This document shows, piece by piece, positions 49,801 through 59,150 of a DNA stretch of 64,000 nt; the stretch's first letter is position 1, and each line of letters begins with the position of its first letter. Source of the stretch: Macrostomum lignano (lineage: Eukaryota). The notes beneath the pieces are model-generated. The model made no database searches. It saw only the letters and a list, made by a program, of their open reading frames with translations, and was not told the DNA's origin. A program made the position numbers and the translations under genes. The stretch is taken from assembly GCA_002269645.1 (NCBI GenBank), contig NIVC01000576.1:169089-233088 (forward strand). Reading direction: 5' to 3'.

Positions 49801-52800
49801 AATTAGCGATTGGCTACAGCCCCTATCACTCGTCACCTTTTACTGCAGTCCCCAGGTATCCTCAGATGACTCTCATTTACTTTTTTGTATCCAGGATAAT
49901 GAGTTGTATTACTTGCTTCAACCTCGGGTGCTGCACAGATAAGCAAGATTAGTATGGCTTTCTAGAGGTCCGCTAAGATGCTATGATATTTGATATGATA
50001 TAAGATAATATCAAATTATCATGTGTACAGTCACGTGTACAGTCAACAAACATGTGTACAGAACCATGTGTACAGTCATGTGTACAGTCATGTGTACATG
50101 ATAATGTGTACAAAACCATGTGTACAGTCATATGTACAGTCAGGTGTACATGATAATGTGTACAAAACCATGTGTACAGTCATATGTACAGTCATGTGTA
50201 CAGAACCATGCGTACAGAATGTTTAAAGAATCATGTGTACAAAGTCATGTGTACAGAATCATGAACAGAGTTATTGAGTAACACAATAATGTACAGAATC
50301 AATGAACCCAGTGCACAATATTCTGTGAAATCAATATAGGATTACCTTTGTAGCATGCTAAGAAGTACAGAATCATTTCCTTTTACGCTTCTATCTCAAT
50401 ATAAATATAGATGCTTTGAAATCGGCAATAAATGAAAATGAATAGAAAAAATCATATTTCAAAAGCGGCTTTACAAAAACCTGAACAGGTTACAAAAGAG
50501 ATCAAGTGATCAGTCAGGATACAGTTTGAGGACAAAGAGTCTCGTATGCAGCGGTTGCGTCACACCCCGCCCCGCCCCGAACCGAATCATGGATTAATGC
50601 TCCAACGACCCGGGTCTCATCCACGCAACCTTACCTAAGCTCCCCCCCTACCTGTATCCCTATCCGCAATCCTCTAACGAGCTAGGCTTCGGTTTTAAGC
50701 TCGTTTTTTATCATGAGACCGACTTCAAAGCCACGAAGATCGTGTGACTCATCGCCATCAATCAAGCTGGCTGTGCAGTTTCCCCCAGCATCGCGTTACT
50801 CAGCCTCTTGATTCGGAATCAAGCCGCGTGCAGAGACCGCGAGCATCAGTTCTGTGTTAATTAACGCCGTTTGCCCAGCAGAGTTTGACAATCAAGTTTT
50901 GAAGCACCTTTGATGCGCGCTGGTTGTCTGTCGACTCCCATTAATTACAGATTTAGATAGGTGCTCTCTGTACTTTTTTACCGCATGCAGGGTGGATATA
51001 AATGTCCGGTGTGGCTTTCCTTTGGAATAAAATATCTCTAAATTACTTCTCTCCCTCTCCCTAACTCTCTCTCCTCCATATTCTCTCTACTTTAAAATCT
51101 ACTCTCTCCCATCTCTACTCTCGCATCTCTACTCTCTACTCTTAGATCTACTCTCTCTCATCTCTACTCTCTCATCTCTACTCTTTACTCAAAAATCTAC
51201 TCTCTCCTATCTCTACTCTCTCATCTCTACTCTCTATTCTAAAATCTGCTTTCTCCCATCTCTACTCTTTTATCTCTACTCGCAACTTTACTCTCTACCC
51301 CTCTACTCTACTCTCTAATCTACTCTCAACTCTACTCTCTCTCATCTTTACTATCTCATCTCTACTACTCTCTCATCTCTACTCGTTAATCTCTACTCTC
51401 TCCCCCATCTCTACTCTCCCATCTTTCTTCTTTCTCTCAAGTTGAATATTTTCCATCCATTCTTTATAGGAAGTATAGACAAGATAATTAGTCTTTCAGT
51501 CACGTGCATTTCCTGCCCCTCACCGCTTCACCAGCAACTGCTTCTTGCTTTCCGATCCAGCGCCCCCCAGTTCTAGACAATAAAACACTCGCTAATCCGC
51601 ACTTGACTGCCAGACAATAGAATCGTTTTTTTGAGAAGTGTATGAGTACCCCCCCCCTGTAAGTGAGTCATGGTTTTCTAAGTGCAAGTAAGCACTGCAT
51701 AGTTGAATATAACACACACATGTGGGGCAGCCTTGCAGTGATTGACAGGGCAGGCAGGCAGAGAATACAGTCGTTATAGTTGGAATCTCTTCCACCGCTG
51801 TTACCCACCGCGACGAAATTTATAACAAAAAACCTTAAGCTGCTTAGCTTCGGCTGACCTCACTTGGCCTTTTATTAGTTATTATAAGGCCCGGAGTGAC
51901 AGTACCTTAGTGGAGGGTTGCCGGGTCTCACACTTACATGTGTAACTGCGTGTAATAATAGGATTGTCTTTTTGCATGAGAGTTATTGATACTTTTGTCC
52001 TGATAGTTTTTGCGGACATTGCTCACCTCATGGCGTCTCATTGCTCATCTCATGGCGCCTCATTGCTCATCTCATGGCGTCTCATTGCTCATCTCATGGC
52101 GCCTCATTGCTCATCTCATGGCGTCTCATTGCTCATCTCATGGCGCCTCATTGCTCATCTCTTGGCGCCTCATTTCTCATCTCATGGGGCCTCATTTTTC
52201 TAATCTCATGGCGCCTCATTGCTCACCTCATTTCGCTTTATAGTACCAATTTGAGCATCAGAAACTATGGCAGAGAATTCGAGCTCACCCAAGTCTGTGG
52301 CGCTCGCCTCGTCTCTGAAGGCCACCTGAAGTGGCACCAGCCACAGGATGAGAAATGGCTCATAGCTGCGGTCGTACACGTACAGCACGTTGAGAACTCG
52401 AACAGCCTCAGTGAGGAACAGAGAATTATTGAGCTCCTTTGTGGCGCTGGTCTTTTCGTATGTCTGTAAATGGGATTTTATTTGGTGAGGACGATCAATA
52501 AACACAAAAAATAAACTAAGCCAAACCCGAAATAAACTAAACCACACCCGAGATAAACTAACCCAAACCCAAAATAAACTAAACCACACCCAAAATAAAC
52601 TAACCCACACCCGAAATAAACTAACCCACACCCGAAATAAACTAACCCACACCCAAAATAAACTAACCCACACCCGAAATAAACTAACCCACACCCGAAA
52701 TAAACTAACCCACACCCAAAATAAACTAACCCACACCCGAAATCAACTAACCCACACCCGAAATCAACTAACCCGCACCCGAAATCAACTAACCCACACC

Positions 52801-55800
52801 CGAAATCAACTAACCCACACCCGAAATCAACTAACCCGCACCCGAAATCAACTAACCCACACCCGAAATAAACTAACCCACACCCGAAATCAACTAAGAA
52901 CCTAAAATAACTTCATATAAATTCCCCAAAGGACCAGAGGTACTTGACCAGCAACTCTCGACTTTAGATCGCCGCCCCTTATTCTGATCGAGGCTGTGCA
53001 TATTCAGAGAAAACTTTTTTGAAGAAAATGGAAATCCGCATCAACCTCCAGGCCCTTCTAAAAGGGGGATTTCAAAGCACCTTATCAGACAGCTTCATCC
53101 CCGATAGCTGACAAAATTGCGCAACGAAATTTTCTCCTACCAAGCCGAAATCCCATGGGAAAATATTCCCTGTCAGGCATGCGTCCACGACCTGACTGAC
53201 CCCCGCGTCTTTCTGGGATCAGACAGAGGAGCATCAAGAAGTGGACAGAGAGGTAAGGACCGAGGCTTGCCTATTGGAGTTTTACATTTTGCAAAAGCGA
53301 GAGAGAAGACAGATAGATAAGGATTAGAAAATAATAAACAATCCAGAGGTTTGGGATTATCAAGAATGCAGAAACTGGCTGCGGTGCCGAATCGGAAAGT
53401 GATAACGCGAAAATAAAAACTGGAGAGGGAAGCGGAAGGGACAGATTGCGAAGGTCTGCGCAGATTTTCACCTTATTGATGTTATAGTATAGGTCAAATA
53501 GGGGGAGGTGTAGAGAAGAGAGGGTAGATTAGATAAGGAGTGGGAAAAAGGGAAGACAAAAGGGCAAAGGGGAGAAGAGATAAATTGAATTGAAGAGAGG
53601 GGTGAGAAGTGAAAGGAGAGAGAAATAAACGAGGATAAGGGTAGACGGAGAAGCTGATAGGAGAGGAGACGAGAAGAGAGGGGAGAGTTGAGAGGTGAGA
53701 GAGGAGAGGTGAGAGAGGAGAGGTGAGGGAGGAGAGCGGAGAGGTGAGAGAGGAGAGTTGAGAGGCGAGAGAGGAGAGGTGAGAGAGGAGAGGGGAGAAG
53801 TGAGGGTTGAGAGGTGATAGAGGAGAGGTGAGGGAGGAAAAGTGAGAGAGAAGTGAGAGAGGAGAGGTGAGAGGGGAGAGGGGAGAGAGGAGAGGGGAGA
53901 GAGGAGAGATGATAGAGGAGAGGTGAGAGAGGAGAGGCGAGAGAGGAGAGGGGAAAGAGGAGAGGTGAGAGGGGAGAGGGGAGAGAGGAGAGGGGAGAGA
54001 GGAGATGTGAGAGAGGAGAGGCGAGAGAGTAGAGGGGAGAGGTGAGAAGGAGAATAAAAATGTTAAGGTTAGGAGGAAAGAGGGTGAGAGATGAGCAATA
54101 TAGATTGGTATAAGAGTAAGGGGGAGAGGAGATAGTAGATCATAGAGGTTAAGAGAGATCAGTTCATATCGGGTGGATTGGAAACATAACTGGAGTATAT
54201 CGGACACATCTGCAGAGGAGAAAGGCGAAATACGAGAAAACAGTAAATTAGGAAAGTTGGGTCCAAAATGAAATTTCAAGTTCAAATAAGCTGCACCGAA
54301 TCGATTTTTATTAATCAAAGAGAAGCAATACTATATAGTAATAGAGCCTCCATCACTTCTTCATCAGTCATTCCAGCCTCCCCAGACTCCGAACCTCAAT
54401 AACTGCATTCTCCAGAAGGTTGTTGATCGGCGATTGAGTTGCCCGTTTAATTTTCAGCTCGCCGACGCCCCTAGCAACCGTTTTGCCGAATCGTTCGCGA
54501 AAGAATCGCTCCACATTCCTGAAAAGAATTGGGACAAATGTTCGGCTTTAAATTGAACGTTTAGTTGGCTTTGGCGCAATCAATCTAGGTGGGGTAAGGA
54601 CAGCCTCCTCCATCATGAAATGCACTTTTCAAAGGAATTGGTCTTGGCACAAGCAGTTGACAAATTGGTCCCGCGGCTCGGTGGCTCCCCGTGAAGTCAT
54701 GGACCCCCCCCGCCTGGACTGGAAGCGGAGTTTCACTTCCACTGTTTGCAGCATAGAGATCATTGGCTGCTTTTGAACAGGCCTAGACAGGATTTTGTAT
54801 CATAGGGCTTTAGCACCAGGGGCTTTAGCACCAGGGGCTTTAGCACCAGGGGCTTTAGCACCAGGGGCTTTAGCACCAGGGGCGCCAGCACCAGGGGCGC
54901 CAGCACCAGGGGCGCCAGCACCAGGGGCGCCAGCACATAAGAGCATCCATGCAAACGACAACAAAAACGTTAATAAATGCAAAGTTTAGCAGGGTCCGGG
55001 GGTTTAGCGGTCCATGGTGGTCACCCGTTTCCCCAACGCAATTTCTAAATTCCCTCGGAGGAATGAGAATGAGAATTCGCTCACTTCAATATCCCCCGTC
55101 CCCCAGAAACCGGCCTAAAAGTACTTCATTTGCGACTTTTTCTTCTCCTATAAATGCAAAGATCAATAAATGAAAACTGAACTGAGTGTAGAATTGAATA
55201 GTTGCCATTTTGAATTGCCAATTCTTACGGGCACTAGAGACGGACAGCACAGTTTTAATTAATTAAAAACCCGGACAGCAGGGTGAACAGTCAGTCACGA
55301 TGCATCCACGTCTGGAAGCTAATTAAAATTACAGTCACGGAGTAGAACAAGCGCCTACGTGTATATCCGTCCCGGAACTATCAAACATCGTTATACAGCA
55401 CATATGATAAGGGTTTTAACTTACGGAATCCACATAATCCACGTTTAAACTTACGGAATCCACCCTAATCCACAGAATTGTCTACGAGATGTTTCATAAG
55501 TATTAGACTCACCTCTGGATCTAAGCCACGCCACCCCAGGCCATAGGCATCAGGCTCATAAAGCCACATCCATCTAAGGCACGCCACCCACGCCATAGAC
55601 ATCAGGCTCGTAAAGCCACATCCATCTAAGGCACGCCACCCAGGCCATAGACATCAGGCTCATAAAGCCACATCCATCTAAGGCACGCCACCCAGGCCAT
55701 AGACATCAGGCTCATAAAGCCAAGCCACCCAGGCCATAGACATCAGGCTCATAAAGCCAAGCCACCCAGGCCATAGACATCAGGCTCATAAAGCCACAGC

Positions 55801-56296
55801 CCAATTAAAGCCACTCCACCCAGGCCATAGACATCAGGCTCATAAAGCCACAGCCCAATTAAAGCCACTCCACCCAGGCCATAGACATCAGGCTCATAAA
55901 GCCAAGCCACCCAGGCCATAGACATCAGGCTCATAAAGCCACAGCCCAATTAAAGCCACTCCACCCAGGCCATAGACATCAGGCTCATAAAGCCACACCC
56001 ATCTAAGGCACGCCACCCAGGCCATAGACATCTAGCTCGAGCAAGGGCCCACCATTGCCCGCTGCGCTTCCTCTCGGCCTTGAACAGGCCCTCTCGCCAC
56101 ACGAACTGTCGAAGAGCCTGTGGCAGCCGTCTACCCCGGAACCGGTCGCAAAACTCCGCCACCCGATCGGGATTTGAGCGAAGCACAGCCGTTAACGATT
56201 CTGCGCAGTGCTCGGCGTGAAAGCTCGAATAAACCGGTGGTCGAGCGTCGTAGGGCTCGTGCGGACCCTTCGGCTGAGAATAACTGGCCGTGTCAG
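29641..56296 (-). CDS. 18-exon gene: divergent TBC (Rab-GAP fold) N-terminus plus C2-like C-terminal domains; 5' end unresolved
   Basis: All introns GT-AG with matching phases; 3560 coding nt ending in TAA at 29641. TBC-like motifs LPQALRQFVW and FLRKWIGEGFVGVL...FYWDQCFL; C2-like segments FDVYIDQIRY, LVIRVYTL, GRHRVPVF. Exons are listed individually below. Confidence 0.8.
29770..30310. repeat. Intronic minisatellite, 29-bp unit
   Basis: Unit ggtaggatgcagagagggatacagggaga. Confidence 0.95.
30331..30459 (-). CDS. TBC/C2-like gene exon Q
   Basis: IHTSVYEHLPK...IENAI|gtgaga, phase 0/0. Confidence 0.8.
30538..30609 (-). CDS. TBC/C2-like gene exon P
   Basis: ATSSALLSVVDGHLSYKEAPDNAK|gtatgc, phase 0/0. 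Confidence 0.75.
30790..31895. repeat. Intronic C-rich minisatellite, variable 12-19-bp unit
   Basis: Core ccaagaatcgcccc(ttc). Confidence 0.95.
31902..32043 (-). CDS. TBC/C2-like gene exon O
   Basis: EYTYNGRHRVPVF...ATHV|gtacgc, phase 2/0. Confidence 0.8.
32126..32318 (-). CDS. TBC/C2-like gene exon N
   Basis: AGRFTRR...LLVQFFRL...HFVAWAVCPLLN|gtgagc, phase 1/2. Confidence 0.8.
32385..33285. repeat. Intronic minisatellite, 36/37-bp unit that includes the exon M splice donor
   Basis: Unit cccagccctactagacagtgtctaccagacagccac, switching to a 37-bp variant near 33060. Confidence 0.95.
33282..33564 (-). CDS. TBC/C2-like gene exon M
   Basis: VMAYVPTRMDP...FVRLEAAYGL...AVFVQS, donor ta|gtaggg, phase 0/1. 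Confidence 0.78.
33595..34305. repeat. Intronic minisatellite, 21-24-bp unit
   Basis: Unit gagtgacaagattaatcaacagaa and variants. Confidence 0.95.
34317..34670 (-). CDS. TBC/C2-like gene exon L
   Basis: GRLLTGGHQLRL...PDYTSGYYRSEEC...DYNQ|gtgtgt, phase 0/0. Confidence 0.82.
34730..35045. repeat. Intronic minisatellite
   Basis: Core ctaccagactgcactcaaat. Confidence 0.88.
35060..35305 (-). CDS. TBC/C2-like gene exon K
   Basis: LTGRFLNTG...LVIRVYTL...CVLPIFDNK|gtgcgt, phase 0/0. Confidence 0.82.
35365..36105. repeat. Intronic minisatellite, 36-bp unit
   Basis: Unit tgaggtcaactgaggtcaatcaatctatttagatac. Confidence 0.95.
36182..36338 (-). CDS. TBC/C2-like gene exon J
   Basis: PVRQPK...PFDVYIDQIRYMFDGITIVK|gtgagg, phase 2/0. 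Confidence 0.82.
36365..36635. repeat. Intronic minisatellite, 11-12-bp unit
   Basis: Unit gggggagtcaat. Confidence 0.85.
36648..36813 (-). CDS. TBC/C2-like gene exon I (Pro-rich linker)
   Basis: YLGDFSEISLHGYP...PPPAEEP|gtgagc, phase 1/2. Confidence 0.82.
36880..37225. repeat. Intronic minisatellite, 35-bp unit
   Basis: Unit gaatccctaattagagatcccatcattcaaggtat. Confidence 0.95.
37264..37320 (-). CDS. TBC/C2-like gene exon H
   Basis: DDPEERQQAADYRDGLVN|gtgagc, phase 1/1. Confidence 0.75.
37460..37720. repeat. Intronic minisatellite, 18-bp unit
   Basis: Unit tcctgatcccatttccca. Confidence 0.88.
37808..37963 (-). CDS. TBC/C2-like gene exon G
   Basis: ILGWARVTPYERL...GELPDFD|gtggga, phase 1/1. 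Confidence 0.8.
37995..38800. repeat. Intronic minisatellite, 16-bp unit
   Basis: Unit gtgctcaatccccaga. Confidence 0.96.
38810..39083 (-). CDS. TBC/C2-like gene exon F
   Basis: KLLASSFSEKH...LPYLLVQLRYEPPDSDP|gtttgt, phase 0/1. Confidence 0.8.
39555..39965. repeat. Near-perfect intronic minisatellite, 24-bp unit
   Basis: Unit tcagctagtgcaattatccatgtc, almost invariant. Confidence 0.97.
40646..41395 (+). CDS. Secreted C-type lectin with C-terminal PAN/apple-like domain; intronless, nested antisense in an intron
   Basis: Signal peptide MHLTVLSAIWSAVFLLAIG; CTLD pattern CP..F...CL...W..A...C...GG.L, MWTGLTD, WCCGEPS...NCV, DRAC...GFVCQ; then C...CRSALYNSRLAACRL. Confidence 0.85.
   Translation: MHLTVLSAIWSAVFLLAIGPVMSDQNCPAPFQLHSATRLCLLIESSESYSWCSANRRCDELGGELISSPESIVALLASNLVDNITVDMWTGLTDLGYEVGKNRTGWQRVNGGGEFPRNDSLWCCGEPSDGYQQNCVRFVTNRGLGDRACSHLLGFVCQFVEPPAANKSAGYWTPAEFKRTRNDTYYCHEELQPVDSLKACLITASLGGSRCRSALYNSRLAACRLLQFADAPVDPEIESSPDWVKLVRG
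41372..41820. repeat. 25-bp minisatellite seeded by the last codons and stop of the lectin
   Basis: Unit gtgggtcaagctggtcaggggctga corresponds to WVKLVRG*. Confidence 0.95.
42223..42510 (+). mobile_element. tRNA-derived SINE
   Basis: A box tagcctagtggctagagcg, B box ggttcgattccc, then gtgtccttgagcaag...cacttaac...ctgtaaaatggg, which resembles the conserved central domain of CORE/Deu-type SINEs. Second copy at 4800-5110. Confidence 0.8.
42855..43215. repeat. Tandem repeat with core tagactaccgatatgtatcgaa; related block at 39226-39370
   Basis: Core repeated several times; 42957-43100 is colinear with 39226-39370. Confidence 0.85.
43258..43674 (-). CDS. TBC/C2-like gene exon E
   Basis: GFVGVLGLHAAMFYWDQCFL...DGARQ|gtactt, phase 0/0. 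Confidence 0.85.
43790..45150. repeat. Intronic pyrimidine-rich minisatellite, 12/24-bp unit
   Basis: Unit ctccctatcctcctccccatccta. Confidence 0.96.
45880..46930. repeat. Polypurine (GA-rich) array
   Basis: Core gagaagagagggga. Confidence 0.95.
47455..47745. repeat. Intronic minisatellite
   Basis: Core tgacctctccag / tgacccctccat. Confidence 0.85.
47965..48287 (-). CDS. TBC/C2-like gene exon D
   Basis: EQVYELAMLL...PEFHAHL...AIFLRKWIGE|gtgagg, phase 1/0. Confidence 0.85.
48320..49490. repeat. Intronic minisatellite, 22-bp unit
   Basis: Unit gataggagtctgttgtgtctgc. Confidence 0.96.
50020..50265. repeat. Minisatellite, 12-bp unit
   Basis: Unit tcatgtgtacag. Confidence 0.88.
51050..51430. 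repeat. CT-rich degenerate array
   Basis: Core atctctactctctc. Confidence 0.85.
52015..52230. repeat. Minisatellite, 22-bp unit
   Basis: Unit tggcgcctcattgctcatctca. Confidence 0.9.
52289..52463 (-). CDS. TBC/C2-like gene exon C
   Basis: TYEKTSATK...VLNVLYVYDRSYEPFLILWLVPLQVAF...DL|gtgagc, phase 0/1. Confidence 0.85.
52505..52895. repeat. Intronic minisatellite, 21-bp unit
   Basis: Unit ctaacccacacccgaaataaa. Confidence 0.95.
53500..54050. repeat. GA-rich degenerate array
   Basis: Core gagaggagaggtga. Confidence 0.85.
54395..54518 (-). CDS. TBC/C2-like gene exon B
   Basis: ttttcag|(W)NVERFFRERFGKTVARG...SPINNLLENAVIE|gttcgg, phase 2/0. Confidence 0.8.
54803..54935. repeat. Minisatellite, 15-bp unit
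   Basis: Unit ggggctttagcacca changing to ggggcgccagcacca. Confidence 0.93.
55520..56035. repeat. Intronic minisatellite, 35-52-bp composite unit
   Basis: Core cacccaggccatagacatcaggctcataaagcca. Confidence 0.93.
56053..56296 (-). CDS. TBC/C2-like gene exon A (most 5' exon found)
   Basis: tttgcag|DTASYSQ...RRLPQALRQFVWREGLF...SGQ|gtgggc, phase 1/2. Confidence 0.8.
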
Positions 56297-57884
56297 CTGC
56301 AAAGGAAAACATTGTTTGAGCGACATTACACTTGAACTTTTCCAACTTTATTACTAATTATTTTTCTTTCCCAAAGCAAGCGACTTGTTTGATCTCGCAG
56401 TTTTCAGGTTAAATCCTATTGTCCTTTGGGGGAAGTTCGAATTGGGAGTTTCACGAGAGGGGGAGAGCCAGCAGTGGGTCATGACAATTCCAAAAAACCA
56501 TTATTTACTAGGAATAGTGCAGGGAGCAGAGCAGTACCGAAAAACAGACTATAAAGGTGAAGTGCAGAAGAAACCAGTTGCAAATAAAAAAACAGAAAAA
56601 GAAGAAGACAAGAGCCATATGGAATTGAGCCTCATTATTCTTAGTTTTTCTGCTTTCAAGCAATAATTAAAGACAGTCGCAGCACTAGAGCTGTTATAAG
56701 CCCTTCCCGAGCACAGATTTCTGTAAGTGTGCTGCGTACCCATGCGCCCCCCCCCCTGAATCTCCAGTGCGAGCAATTAAGTAAACAGGGGAAACTGCAG
56801 AAACTGCAGAAGGTGATGACGAGGCAGCAGTGTTACTTCTACTTTGAGAAGCTGCGTACGTTAGAGCAGGAAAAAAGCCGAGAGAAAAAAGAAGAAACAG
56901 AGAAGCAGTGTGAACGGTGTCAGATTCTGCATGAAATGCCCGGCTTGTCAAGGCTCTACCAAAGGTTCAGTTGTTAAAACAAAACCCTCTTCGACCAGAT
57001 ATCTGCAAAGAACCAATTGCTACGGCAAGCAAGCCCCACCGGAAGTTGAAACCTGTTTAACTCTCTCCATCTCTTTCCTATCCTGTCCCGTGTGCGCTTG
57101 CATTCAAGACCTTAGAAAGTGTCTCACTCAGACCCCAATACGTGTGATAGTCGCAGGTGCTGCGGGCACATCACCTCGCTTCAGAATTTTCTGCAAGCAC
57201 TGGCAGGCAAGCAGACAGGCCGGTGGGAGGTGCACATGCACAAGATTTTGCTGTCAGTTTAATGCGAATGCCATGAAATTCCCCAGAGAGCCACACAGTA
57301 TGTGCCTGCATGTGCGCTGCAAGCTGCGGGGCGCTTGGTCCCGGTTGGTTAGGCTGCTATAACTGTTGTTGCATTGGAATCGCACGAAAGAACACCCCCA
57401 CCGCCGCCATCAAGGTACCGCGACCGCCCCCCCCCCATGTCGGCCACCTCCCGCCACTCACTCTCTCTTTCCACTTCTCTAAAGCTTTAGCATCAACCTT
57501 TCGTTCCTTCCTTTCCCAAAAAAAATCGAGACAAAAACAGACGCCCAACGGAGCGCGAGAGATAGAAAGAGAGCTCAGAGAGAGGAGACTCAACTGTGTC
57601 ACACTGATCACATCGCAACAGAGAGAATTAATAGAGGAAGAGAAGTACCTGGTAACTACGCTCGTATATGTAATTGATAAGTAGGCCGCTGGGAACAAAA
57701 ACTCCCCTCTCCTCATCTCATATCCACCTGCCTTTCCCTTTCAAAAGCACTGCTGCAGTTTTCATCCTAAGCAGACCGCCCCTTATGTAAAGACTTGATT
57801 TTGACCTAAGAAGAGCTTTCCTTACGTATACTGAAAGGTGAGATTAACAGTATCTTTGCATTCATTTTTATCTGTGAAAAGGAC

Positions 57885-59150
<1,266 letters not shown>

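Noticed and set aside
52505-52895. Telomere-like ctaaccc in the 21-bp unit (also gggttag at 33060-33270)
   Set aside because: Only one hexamer per unit with no tandem TTAGGG; likely coincidence.
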